From Saprospiraceae bacterium (lineage in GTDB: Bacteria; Bacteroidota; Bacteroidia; Chitinophagales; Saprospiraceae), in assembly GCA_044230315.1 (NCBI GenBank), contig JBGARJ010000016.1, positions 14,271-78,270 on the forward strand: a stretch of DNA of 64,000 bases, read 5' to 3'. The stretch's first letter is position 1; the number at the start of each line of letters is the position of its first letter. A model generated the notes under the pieces. It was not told where the DNA came from, searched no databases, and saw only the letters and a list, made by a program, of their open reading frames with translations. Both the position numbers and the translations under genes were made by a program. Shown here piece by piece: positions 24,636 through 34,061 of the stretch.

Positions 24636-26024
24636 GTGTCTGAAAATAAGTTGTTTAGCATATTTAACTCCTTGAGCGGTGTGGAAAAGCGGGAATGTGC
24701 TAATTTTTTGCGCAGCCCGTATTTCAACCAGCGCAGCGATGTAGTGGCCCTTTGGCACATATTGCTGGATTCAAAAGGGAACCCACCCGATGCCCGGGTT
24801 GCTTTTCAGCAGTTGTATGCCGGTGAAGCATTCGACGACGCCCGTTGGCGGCACGTCCAATCGTTTCTGCTTTTGCAAATCGAAAACTTCCTCGCCCAAC
24901 GCGCCCTCGAACAAGTACCGCTGCTGTACGACCTGCACATGGCTCCGGCTTACCGGGAAAAGGGCCTGGCCAAGCCATTGAACAATGTCTTGCAGCGGGC
25001 CGCCGGCAAATTGAGTCAGCTGCCGCGCGACCAGGAATTTTACTATTGGGAATACCGGCTGGAGTGGGAAAAATATGCCGCCACAGAATCGGACACCCGC
25101 AGTCGCGACAATAACCTGGCGGCGGTGAGCCGCTCGCTCGACGTCTTTTTGCTGGCCTCCAAGTTGCGTATGGCCTGCCTGATGGAATCACACCGGGCGG
25201 TATACAACACGGCGTACGATTTGAGTTTCCTGCCGGCGTTGGTGGCTTATTTGGAGCACAATGCCTTGCGCGAAATCCCGATCATCGCGTTGTATTACCA
25301 TTGCTACCGGGCGCTCACCGGCGGGCAGGAGGCTGATTTTCGCGCCTTCCGCCGGCAATTGGAGCGGCAAGGCGACCAGCTGCCCGCCGGTGAGCGCCGC
25401 ACGTTTCTGCTGCTGGCGGTCAACTACTGCATCCGCCGGCTCAACACTGGCGCAAGCGCCTATATCCGCGAGGCCTTCGACCTGTACCGGATTGGCCTCG
25501 ACAGCGCGGCTTTGCTCGAAAACGGCCGGTTGGGCCGCTTTGCCTACAAGAATATCGTTGCCCTGGGCTTGCGCCTGGAAGAGTTCGCCTGGGTGGAAGA
25601 TTTCATCCACCGCTATGAACCCTATCTGGAACCTAAATACCGGGCGGCCAACCGCGATTACAATCTGGCCCGGTTGTATTTTGCACAAAAGGACTACCAT
25701 AGTGCCATGCCGTTGCTGGCGCAGGTGGATGAGAGCGACCTGCTGCTCAACCTCGACAGCCGCGTCATGCTGCTCAAAATGTACTACGAGTCGGGCGAAT
25801 GGGATGCGCTCGAAGCCTTGCTTTCCAGCTTTAAGGTGCTGCTGCTGCGCAAAAAAAAGGTGATCGGTTATCACCAAAGCCACTACCTCAACACGCTGCG
25901 CTATATCCGGAAATTGACCCGCCTGAATCAAAACGACAAGCAGGCGGTGGCCGCTTTCCGGGCCGAAGTGTCGCAGAGTAAGACGATCAACGAGAAAGAA
26001 TGGCTGATGGAGCAATTGATTTGA
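24636..26024 (+). CDS. hypothetical helical-repeat (TPR-like) protein, paralogue of 2008..3528
   Basis: I chose the GTG start at 24636 because the N-terminus then aligns residue for residue with the paralogue. The alternative in-frame ATG at 24522 lies only 18 nt from the divergent gene. Confidence 0.7.
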   Translation: MSENKLFSIFNSLSGVEKRECANFLRSPYFNQRSDVVALWHILLDSKGNPPDARVAFQQLYAGEAFDDARWRHVQSFLLLQIENFLAQRALEQVPLLYDLHMAPAYREKGLAKPLNNVLQRAAGKLSQLPRDQEFYYWEYRLEWEKYAATESDTRSRDNNLAAVSRSLDVFLLASKLRMACLMESHRAVYNTAYDLSFLPALVAYLEHNALREIPIIALYYHCYRALTGGQEADFRAFRRQLERQGDQLPAGERRTFLLLAVNYCIRRLNTGASAYIREAFDLYRIGLDSAALLENGRLGRFAYKNIVALGLRLEEFAWVEDFIHRYEPYLEPKYRAANRDYNLARLYFAQKDYHSAMPLLAQVDESDLLLNLDSRVMLLKMYYESGEWDALEALLSSFKVLLLRKKKVIGYHQSHYLNTLRYIRKLTRLNQNDKQAVAAFRAEVSQSKTINEKEWLMEQLI

Positions 26025-26049
26025 TGTGCCTTGTTAATGGCTTGGGGGA

Positions 26050-26814
26050 CTAAAGATTAATCCCGCCGCTGGCTTCGATGCGCTGGCCGTTGATCCATCC
26101 GGCAGCCGGCGAGCACAGAAACGCGGCAATGCCGCCGATGTCTTCGGGCTCGCCGACACGGCCGAGGGCGGTGAGCCCGGCCAGTATTGCCTTCCGTTGC
26201 GGATTGGAGCGGATGGCAGCGTTGTTGAAATCCGTTTCGATGGGGCCGGGCGCCAGTACATTGGCCGTCATGCCACGGGCGCCGATCTCTTTGGCCAGGT
26301 AGCGGGTAAAGGTTTCTATGGCGCCTTTCATGGAAGCGTACACCGAATAGCCCGGCACGCAGAAACGGGTGGTGCCGGTGGAGATGTTGATGATCCGGCC
26401 GCCGTCGGCCATCATCGGCAACGCCCATTGTGTCAGGAAATAAATGCCTTTGAAATGGACATTCATAAATTGGTCGAACAGCGCCTCCGTAACTTGTTCA
26501 AAAGGTACGGTGGCGCCCATGCCGGCATTGTTGATCAGAAAGTCGAAATCAGAGCGCCCGAAATGGGTCTGGAGTTGTTGAGCCAGCAGGTTCAAAAACG
26601 GTTTATAACCGGGGATATCACCCATATCCAGTTGCAAGGCAACGGCTTTCCGGCCCATTTGCCGGATTTCCGCGACCACGCCCTCCGCTTCGGCTTGTTT
26701 GGTGTGATAGGTTATGACCACATCCACACCGCTTTCGGCCAGCCGGAGGGCCATGTTTTTCCCTAAACCGCGGCTGCCGCCGGTGATGAGCGCTATTTTA
26801 TTCGTGTGTTCCAT
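26050..26814 (-). CDS. SDR-family oxidoreductase
   Basis: Cofactor motif TGGSRGLG, NNAG, and catalytic YASMK (YxxxK). Confidence 0.9.
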   Translation of the reverse strand: MEHTNKIALITGGSRGLGKNMALRLAESGVDVVITYHTKQAEAEGVVAEIRQMGRKAVALQLDMGDIPGYKPFLNLLAQQLQTHFGRSDFDFLINNAGMGATVPFEQVTEALFDQFMNVHFKGIYFLTQWALPMMADGGRIINISTGTTRFCVPGYSVYASMKGAIETFTRYLAKEIGARGMTANVLAPGPIETDFNNAAIRSNPQRKAILAGLTALGRVGEPEDIGGIAAFLCSPAAGWINGQRIEASGGINL

Positions 26815-26846
26815 TGTGTTAAACCTTTTGGTATGAGCATAAGGCC

Positions 26847-26854
26847 CAAAGGTA
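26847..26854 (-). promoter_or_regulatory. putative -7 promoter box TACCTTTG for the SDR gene
   Basis: Matches TAnnTTTG on the minus strand, about 33 nt upstream of the ATG. Confidence 0.35.
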
Positions 26855-27061
26855 CGCTACCCCCCGTCGCTTCGCTCCTGAGGATGCCGGATGATCGGGA
26901 ATTGGTGATCAAAAATGCCATTCTCCGCCAACCTTACTACCTTAGCGCTGTTCTTTATTCAAATCTTTCAGTTTTTTTTGAAACCGACAACTCCGCCCCG
27001 TTCATCCGTACCTGTTTTCTCCGAACTTTTACCTTCACAACCTTCGAACTATCCTTTTGGC

Positions 27062-28030
27062 ATGAGCCTCGACACCATTAAACAGCCGATTGCCGCGGAG
27101 TTGGACATCTTTGAAGCGCGTTTCCGCGATGCCATGCGAAGCCACGTGCCGTTGTTGGACAAGATTACCTGGTACATTGTGCAACGGAAAGGCAAGCAGG
27201 TGCGCCCAATGCTGGTGTTGCTCAGCGCCCGGCTGTTTGGCCCCATCCAGGAAGCCTCGTATACGGCCGCTTCATTGGTGGAGTTGTTGCATACCGCCAC
27301 CCTGGTGCACGACGACGTAGTAGACGATGCCTACGAACGCCGCGGTTTTTTTTCGATCAATGCTTTGTGGAAAAACAAGATCGCGGTTTTGGTCGGCGAT
27401 TTTTTGCTCTCCCAAGGCTTGCTGTTGAGTGTACGGCAACAACAATTTCACCTGCTGGAGATCGTGAGCCAGGCCGTAAAAGAAATGGCGGAAGGCGAAC
27501 TGCTTCAGATGGAAAAAGCCCGCCGGCTCGATATTAAAGAGGAAATATATTACGACATAATCCGGCAGAAAACGGCTTCCCTGATTGCCGCGGCGTGTAG
27601 CGCCGGCGCCGCCAGTACGGCTCCCGATGAAGCATGCGTACGGCTGGCGTACCGTTTTGGTGAAAAAACCGGCATGGCCTTCCAGATCCGCGACGATCTG
27701 TTTGATTTCGGTACCGACGACGTCGGTAAACCGCTGGGGATCGACATCAAGGAGAAAAAAATGACTTTGCCGCTCATTTACGCCCTGTCGAAGGCCGACC
27801 GCTCCACGCGCCGGCATATCATCAACCTCGTGAAAAACGAGAGCGACAAAACCGAAAAAGTGGCTGAAGTGATTCAATTTGTCCGGCAGAGCGGCGGGTT
27901 GGAATACGCCCAGGCGGCCATGTACCGGTTTCGGCAAGAGGCGTTCGACATATTGGATGAAATGCCCGAAGGCCCGGCCCGGCAGTCGTTAAAGGACCTG
28001 CTGCTGTTTGTTACCGAGCGTAGAAAATGA
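27062..28030 (+). CDS. polyprenyl diphosphate synthase (IspB-like)
   Basis: First and second Asp-rich motifs LVHDDVVDD and FQIRDDLFD. The start is the ATG of MSLDTIKQP. Confidence 0.9.
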   Translation: MSLDTIKQPIAAELDIFEARFRDAMRSHVPLLDKITWYIVQRKGKQVRPMLVLLSARLFGPIQEASYTAASLVELLHTATLVHDDVVDDAYERRGFFSINALWKNKIAVLVGDFLLSQGLLLSVRQQQFHLLEIVSQAVKEMAEGELLQMEKARRLDIKEEIYYDIIRQKTASLIAAACSAGAASTAPDEACVRLAYRFGEKTGMAFQIRDDLFDFGTDDVGKPLGIDIKEKKMTLPLIYALSKADRSTRRHIINLVKNESDKTEKVAEVIQFVRQSGGLEYAQAAMYRFRQEAFDILDEMPEGPARQSLKDLLLFVTERRK

Positions 28031-28057
28031 CGGCATGCTGTTTTTGGTGCAGGGGTT

Positions 28058-29353
28058 TCAGGCTTCGTCGTTCAGTACGGCGATCCGGTTGATCAGCACC
28101 TTGTCGATCTTGCTTTTATCCATGTCCATGATTTCGAAGCGGTAGCCTTCCGACTCAAAGTGGTCGCCGGCCTGCGGGATCTCGCTCATTTTATACAGGA
28201 TATAGCCGGCCAGGGTGGCGTAGTCGGCGTCGTCCAGGTCAAATTCTTTCAGGTTGATGGTCTCGCGGAGTTCGTCGATCGGAATGGCTCCTTCCACCAG
28301 CAGGCTGCCGTCTTCCCGCGTCACGATGGCAGGCGCTTCCACGTCGTCCACATCGGGCAAGGCGCCAAATATGTTTTCCGTTAAATCGTGTAAGGTGATG
28401 ATCCCCTGGATGGAGCCGTATTCATCCACCACGATGGCGAAATAGTTGCGTTCCTTCCGGAAGCGTTCCAATATTTTGAGGGCATTCATGGTTTCGGGCA
28501 CATAAAGCGGCGGCATGAGGATATGCTGCAGGCTGAAGCCCGGTTTGTGGCAATTGTCGATATAATCGCGCAACCGGACCACTCCCAGGATATTTTCAAT
28601 GGTATCGGCACAGACCAGGAATTTAGTGTAGCCGCTTTCCCGGATAATTCGGTCGTTTTCCGCTTCCGGCGCGTGCAAGTCGAGCCACTCAATGTCGTTC
28701 CGATGCGTCATGATGGTATAGGCGTCGCGGTCGGCAAAGCGCAGAATATTTTGAATGAATTCGCTTTCTTTCTGCTCGAGCACTCCTTGCTGGTTGGCCA
28801 TTTTCACCATCAGTTTGATCTCTTCTTCCGAGATCTGTTGCTGATCGCTGGGTTTGATAAACAGCATCCGCATGAAAAGCTTGGTCGACCAACTCAGGAA
28901 AGAAGAGATCGGCCCGGTGATGCGGGTAATGAAGCTCATCACCGGCGCGATGCGCAGCGCCAGCGGCTCGGCGTTTTGAATGGCAATATACTTGGGAGCC
29001 AGCTCGCCAATGACCAGCGACAAATAGGTGATCAGGGTGACGACAATGGAGATAGAGATCTGATCGGCGTAAGGCTCCAATACCGCAAAATGGCGGACGA
29101 GTGGCGCGAGTTGTTCGCCGATCTTGACACCGCCGTAAGCCCCTTCCACGATACTGATGAGCGTAATGCCGATCTGCATGGCGGAGAGGTAATTGTCGAT
29201 GTTATCGAGCAGATCGACGGCAAGGGCCGCGTTGTGGTTTCCCTTTGCTTTTTCGCTTTCGAGTTTGGCGCGTTTGGCCGTTATCAGGGCAATCTCACCC
29301 AGCACCAGAAAGCCGTGCAGGACGATGAGGACGAGTATTATGGCTATTTCCAT
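28058..29353 (-). CDS. hemolysin/CNNM-family membrane protein (DUF21 + CBS pair + CorC_HlyC)
   Basis: N-terminal TM region, a CBS pair (...LGVVRLRD..., IQGIITLHDL) and a CorC-type C-terminus DHFESEGYRFEIMDMDKSKIDKVLI. Confidence 0.9.
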   Translation of the reverse strand: MEIAIILVLIVLHGFLVLGEIALITAKRAKLESEKAKGNHNAALAVDLLDNIDNYLSAMQIGITLISIVEGAYGGVKIGEQLAPLVRHFAVLEPYADQISISIVVTLITYLSLVIGELAPKYIAIQNAEPLALRIAPVMSFITRITGPISSFLSWSTKLFMRMLFIKPSDQQQISEEEIKLMVKMANQQGVLEQKESEFIQNILRFADRDAYTIMTHRNDIEWLDLHAPEAENDRIIRESGYTKFLVCADTIENILGVVRLRDYIDNCHKPGFSLQHILMPPLYVPETMNALKILERFRKERNYFAIVVDEYGSIQGIITLHDLTENIFGALPDVDDVEAPAIVTREDGSLLVEGAIPIDELRETINLKEFDLDDADYATLAGYILYKMSEIPQAGDHFESEGYRFEIMDMDKSKIDKVLINRIAVLNDEA

Positions 29354-29607
29354 GAAAAAAGTACCGCAAAAGTACCGCAAACTGTCGGATTCAAGACAGG
29401 ATTTTTATTTGGTTGCCTGAAAGGCCGTAAAAAAATGTTAAAACAAAAAAAAATTTTTGCTCGAATACAATAACTGCATACTTTTGGCAGCGCAATACAG
29501 TTCACCAACACGCTTTCTCCCACCAAAATTTTCTTTTGCTTATCGGCTAAAACTTGTACACCACTTAAATGCTCTTAATTTAACTGGTAAAACAGCAAAC
29601 AAATCCT

Positions 29608-30198
29608 TTGCTCATGCAAGTTATGCCGATGATCAACGATCACGAACTGATCGCACGTTACGTAGATGGTGACGAACAAGCCTTTGAAACGCTTCTGCAC
29701 CGCTACAAAGCAAAAATCTACACTTCCATTTATCTGTTTGTCAAAGATCAGGCGCTTGCCGAAGACATTTTCCAGGAAGTCTTTATCAAGATCATTGACA
29801 CCCTGCGCAAGGGCAAGTACAACCACGAAGGCAAATTCGTGCAGTGGGCCATGCGGATTGCGTACAACATGTGCGTGGATTACCACCGCCGCAACAAACG
29901 CCGCTCCCACATCAATCCCACCGAAGAATTCGATATTTTCGAAGTTTTGCGCCTCAGCGACGACGGCCCGGAAACGCAGATCATGCGCAGTGAGATGCAC
30001 GACCGCATCCGCCGCCTGGTGGATGCGCTCCCACCCGAACAACGGGAAGTAGTTATTCTCCGGCACTATGCCGACATGAGTTTCAAAGAAATTGCTGCCC
30101 TCACCCGCGTAAGCATCAACACCGCTTTGGGGCGGATGCGTTACGCCTTGATCAATATCCGCAAAATGATGGCGGAGCGGGAGATCGTCCTGCAATAA
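29608..30198 (+). CDS. ECF-type RNA polymerase sigma-70 factor
   Basis: Region 2 is EDIFQEVFIKI...VQWAMRIAYNMCVDYHRR. Region 4 is EQREVVILRHYADMSFKEIAALTRVSINTALGRMRYA. Confidence 0.85.
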   Translation: MLMQVMPMINDHELIARYVDGDEQAFETLLHRYKAKIYTSIYLFVKDQALAEDIFQEVFIKIIDTLRKGKYNHEGKFVQWAMRIAYNMCVDYHRRNKRRSHINPTEEFDIFEVLRLSDDGPETQIMRSEMHDRIRRLVDALPPEQREVVILRHYADMSFKEIAALTRVSINTALGRMRYALINIRKMMAEREIVLQ

Positions 30199-30365
30199 GC
30201 CCGTCCTCCTTTTGCGCGTGATTTCGGGTGCGGTGGAATCGTTTCAGCGAGAAACGACTTCACCGCACTCGCATATTTAGGACGTTGCGTGACCGCCTAC
30301 TCCGTAAATCTTTACCGGAATGAACACCCGGCTTGCATTGCCGGCGCACCTTGTCCGGAAAAAAC

Positions 30366-30869
30366 ATGAAAAACATCCTTTTCTTTTTCGCCTTGCTGCT
30401 GGCCGGCAGCGCAGGAACTGCGCAGACACCTGCCAACGATCTTGACTTTTGGCTCGGTGCGTGGGACCTCCGCTGGCAGGATACCGACAGCACACAAGCC
30501 ACTGGTACCAATCAAATTACCCGAGAACTGGACGGCAAGGTCATTTGCGAAAATTTTCTGGCGCAGAGCGGCCAGGCCGCCGGCTTTGCCGGCCACAGCT
30601 GGTCGGTTTTTGATCAACGGGCGCAAACCTGGAAACAAACCTGGGTGGATAGCCAGGGCAGTTACCTGGATTTTACCGGTGGCCGGGAAGGCGATATTTT
30701 TGTGTTTCGGCGCCGCTTTACCGGCAAAGACGGGGCCTTGATCCAGCAAAAAATGGTGTTTCACGATATTCAATCCGACCAATTCGTGTGGGATTGGATG
30801 CGCAGTGACACGGATGGCCAAACCTGGCAACTCCAATGGCGGATCTACTACACCCGGCGAAAATCCTGA
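30366..30869 (+). CDS. hypothetical secreted protein (DUF1579-like impression)
   Basis: Signal peptide MKNILFFFALLLAGSAGTAQ at the internal ATG. The remainder is beta-rich and Trp-rich. Confidence 0.65.
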   Translation: MKNILFFFALLLAGSAGTAQTPANDLDFWLGAWDLRWQDTDSTQATGTNQITRELDGKVICENFLAQSGQAAGFAGHSWSVFDQRAQTWKQTWVDSQGSYLDFTGGREGDIFVFRRRFTGKDGALIQQKMVFHDIQSDQFVWDWMRSDTDGQTWQLQWRIYYTRRKS

Positions 30870-30884
30870 GTCCAGAAGGCCTGG

Positions 30885-30915
30885 CGCTGCAGGCGGGCGC
30901 TTTCCGCCTGCAGCG
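30885..30915 (+). terminator. GC-rich hairpin after the 30366 gene (no U tract)
   Basis: CGCTGCAGGCGG (30885-30896) / CCGCCTGCAGCG (30904-30915) is a perfect 12-bp stem. Confidence 0.35.
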
Positions 30916-31018
30916 AACACCGGGCCCGGTTGCTATTTGGCGGAGAAACCTGTTGGGGCCCCGGTAAGAAACCCTTAAACCTTTTACATTTGCCCCGTCA
31001 AAGCAGCGTCGCAACAAT

Positions 31019-31906
31019 ATGGCAATGGATCAAGTACACGAAGAAGAGCGTTTTCGCAAGGAAAAAGGGGAAATGTCCTTTTTCGAGCATATTGAAGAGT
31101 TGCGGGGGCATATCCTGCGCTCCGCCTTTGCCATTCTTGCCGTGGGAACGGTCTTTTTTCTAAATAAAGAGTTTGTTTTCAACACTATAATTTTTGGGCC
31201 GCGCAATCCGGATTTTCTTTCTTACCGCGCCATGTGCGGCGTTTCCCATCTGGTAGGCTTGGGCGACAACCTGTGCTTTCAACCTGTGCAATTTCAGATC
31301 ATCACGCGCCAATTGGGTGAGATCTTGATGGAGCACCTGTATATTTCGTTCTGGCTCGGCCTGATCGGCGCCTTTCCGTTCGTCTTATGGGAGTTTTGGA
31401 AATTCATCCGGCCAGGGTTGCACGACAAAGAGCAAAAGGCCATTCGCAGTGTGGTAGGGGTGTGCTCAGGGTTGTTCTTGCTGGGTGTGGCGTTCGGATA
31501 TTTTATCATCGCACCGTTTTCCATCAACTTTTTGGCCGGATATACGGTTGCCGGCGCCGAAGTATCGCCGACGCTGGATTCGTACGTAACCTATATGACC
31601 ATGTTTACCGTACCCACCGGTCTGATCTTCGAAATGCCGGTGGTTGCATACTTTTTGACCAAAATAGGAATAATCGGGCACAAATTCCTGCGGACCTACC
31701 GGCGCCATGCTGTTGTCGTCATCCTGATCATCGCAGCCATTATCACCCCGCCGGATGTGGTTTCCCAGACCATCGTAGCCATTCCGCTCTATATGCTTTA
31801 CGAAGTGAGCATTGTTGTATCCACTCGCGTACAACGAGCCCGGGAACGGCAAGCAGAGCTGGAGGATAGCAAACAACGCCGCGATCTGGAGCCGCGGGAA
31901 GGGTGA
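31019..31906 (+). CDS. tatC: twin-arginine translocase subunit TatC
   Basis: MSFFEHIEELRGHILRS, six predicted TM segments, and ITPPDVVSQ. Confidence 0.9.
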   Translation: MAMDQVHEEERFRKEKGEMSFFEHIEELRGHILRSAFAILAVGTVFFLNKEFVFNTIIFGPRNPDFLSYRAMCGVSHLVGLGDNLCFQPVQFQIITRQLGEILMEHLYISFWLGLIGAFPFVLWEFWKFIRPGLHDKEQKAIRSVVGVCSGLFLLGVAFGYFIIAPFSINFLAGYTVAGAEVSPTLDSYVTYMTMFTVPTGLIFEMPVVAYFLTKIGIIGHKFLRTYRRHAVVVILIIAAIITPPDVVSQTIVAIPLYMLYEVSIVVSTRVQRARERQAELEDSKQRRDLEPREG

Positions 31907-31912
31907 CGGAGG

Positions 31913-32980
31913 CTACACTTTAAAATCCAGCAGAAATCGCTGCACTTCTGCGCGAAATTCCACTTCGTCATTATCGCAAAATTCGACCTCTACCGGCAAA
32001 ACCAGTACCGGCAGGTTGTGCTTCCACAAAAAGGCAGCATGCAACTCGAGCCGGGTAGCATCTTTTTCCGTCGTGAGGATCACCTTGTTTTGGCCGGGCA
32101 TGGCATCCAGCCGGCGGCGGATAATTTCCAGGTCGGGTTCATCAAAAAAATGATGATCGGAATATTCCAGGGCTTGCACCGAATGTACCGTTTGCCCGAG
32201 GTATTGCAACAGATAATCGGTGTTGGCGATGGCGCTCACCAGCAACACGTCGGTGCTTAATTCCAGTGACCGCCGCTGATCGGGGCGCAGCAGGTCGTAG
32301 GGCAAGCCATAGCGGTAACGGGAGAAGAAAACGCGTTGCCGCGGAAACGCGTCGATCTCGCGCAGCATGTCCTGACGCTGCTTAGCGGTCAGTCCCGGCG
32401 GACATTTGGTGACAATGATAACGTCGGCCCGGCGATACTCGAATCGTCCTTCGCGGAGCCGGCCCGCCGGCAGCAGCCAATCGCGAGTGAACGGGCGGTT
32501 GAACTCGGTCAGCAGGATATTGAGGCCGGGCGTCACGGCCAGGTGCTGAAAAGCATCATCGAGCAATATGCACTGGAGGTCCGGGTTTCGTTTTACCAGT
32601 TCGGGTACTCCCAACGCGCGGCTTTCGCCTACGGCGATAGCGGTATCCGGAAATTTCCGTTTGAACTGCAGCGGTTCATCGCCGGCATCTTCTGCCGTAT
32701 CGATCACGCTCACCGACCGGAAGCCCATCGTTTTGCGACCGTAACCCCGGCTCAGGACGGCAACTTCCAGGTATTGGTCGAGCCAACGCAGCAGATATTC
32801 GATGTGCGGGCTTTTCCCGGCGCCGCCAACCGACAGGTTTCCCACGGAAATAACCGGCAAGTCGAACCGTACGCTCCGCAACAGCCCGATGCGGTACAAC
32901 AGGTTGCGCAGGCCTACACCCAGGCCATATAACAGGGCCAGGGGGAGCAGGAGGATTCGTATGACAATGTCGTCCGACAT
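31913..32980 (-). CDS. lpxK: tetraacyldisaccharide 4'-kinase
   Basis: P-loop VGNLSVGGAGKSPH and SRGYGRK. I prefer the ATG at 32978-32980 over the TTG at 32998. Confidence 0.85.
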   Translation of the reverse strand: MSDDIVIRILLLPLALLYGLGVGLRNLLYRIGLLRSVRFDLPVISVGNLSVGGAGKSPHIEYLLRWLDQYLEVAVLSRGYGRKTMGFRSVSVIDTAEDAGDEPLQFKRKFPDTAIAVGESRALGVPELVKRNPDLQCILLDDAFQHLAVTPGLNILLTEFNRPFTRDWLLPAGRLREGRFEYRRADVIIVTKCPPGLTAKQRQDMLREIDAFPRQRVFFSRYRYGLPYDLLRPDQRRSLELSTDVLLVSAIANTDYLLQYLGQTVHSVQALEYSDHHFFDEPDLEIIRRRLDAMPGQNKVILTTEKDATRLELHAAFLWKHNLPVLVLPVEVEFCDNDEVEFRAEVQRFLLDFKV

Positions 32981-33000
32981 GGCAAAAGTCAATGGCAACG

Positions 33001-33036
33001 AAAAAACAAAAAACCCGAAGGTTTTTCACCTCCGGG
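33001..33036 (-). terminator. intrinsic terminator downstream of tRNA-Phe
   Basis: Minus-strand CCCGGAGG-UGAAAAA-CCUUCGGG (8 bp including one G.U), followed by UUUUUUGUUUUUU. Confidence 0.6.
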
Positions 33037-33045
33037 TTTGGCCGG

Positions 33046-33118
<73 letters not shown>

Positions 33119-33146
33119 AGCCTTATTTTTAAGCGGGGCAAAGATA

Positions 33147-34049
33147 ATGGCACTTCTGACAAATTATGAAGCGCGGCGCGCAATTTTTTCTGTTTCCTTG
33201 CATTATTTTCGCCCGGTCATGCGTCAAGTATTCGCCAATCTCCTCGCTGCGCCGTTCGTTGCCGGCGCCTTGTTTTTCCTTTATCTCGCCTGGACAACCG
33301 ACAGCGATTATGCGGTTTGGATCATCCCGTTTGTTGTTGGAACGGCCATCATCTATATTTTTACCCCGCAGATCAACTGGTGGTGGTATGTGCGCCGCCC
33401 GCCGGTCCTGTCGGCTGGCTTGCAAAGGATGCTGGAGCAATATTGTGGCTTTTACCGGCGCCTGAATCCGGCCGACCGGCAACGGTTTCGCAACCGGGTC
33501 GCGCTGTTTATGATGGGGACGGATTGGGAGCCGGTAGCCTGGCCCGACGAAATTTTGCCGCCCGATGTGCAATTGGCGCTGGCAGCTCAGGCGGTATCGC
33601 TTCAGTTTTACCAGCCGCAATTTCTATTCAACAAGTTCGAAAAGGTTATCGTATATCCATACCCCTTCCCTACGCCGGAATACCAGTTTGCGCATGCCTC
33701 CGAATTGTTCGAACCGGACGGGTGCCTGCTTTTTTCGGCCGAACAGGTGTTAAAAGCGTATCTGCAACCCAGCCATTGGTACAACGTCGGCCTGCATGAG
33801 TACGCCAAGGCCTATGTGCTGACCTACCCGGAACAGCCGTACCCCGAATGGTCGGACGAGGTTGTCTGGGCCAAACTGGAGCAAGTAGCCAACATGCCGC
33901 GTGAGCATATCGAGACGGTGATCGGGTTGGCCGGAGTGGACGCTTTGCCGGTGGCCATACACCATTATTTTGTGTTTCCGGAGCGGTTCCGGGATATATT
34001 GCCGGATGCTGCAGCTGCATTTGACCGGATCTTTGGACCAAAAAAATGA
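33147..34049 (+). CDS. membrane-anchored MtfA/M90-peptidase-like protein with a degenerate metal site
   Basis: Two N-terminal TM helices. KVIVYPYPF, NVGLHEYAKAY and the HHYFVFPERF tail parallel, from memory, E. coli MtfA EVLIYPAPF, NLIIHEVAHKL and EYFFSAPELF. HExxH is replaced by HEYAK. Confidence 0.55.
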   Translation: MALLTNYEARRAIFSVSLHYFRPVMRQVFANLLAAPFVAGALFFLYLAWTTDSDYAVWIIPFVVGTAIIYIFTPQINWWWYVRRPPVLSAGLQRMLEQYCGFYRRLNPADRQRFRNRVALFMMGTDWEPVAWPDEILPPDVQLALAAQAVSLQFYQPQFLFNKFEKVIVYPYPFPTPEYQFAHASELFEPDGCLLFSAEQVLKAYLQPSHWYNVGLHEYAKAYVLTYPEQPYPEWSDEVVWAKLEQVANMPREHIETVIGLAGVDALPVAIHHYFVFPERFRDILPDAAAAFDRIFGPKK

Positions 34050-34061
34050 CCGGCCGCCCTA

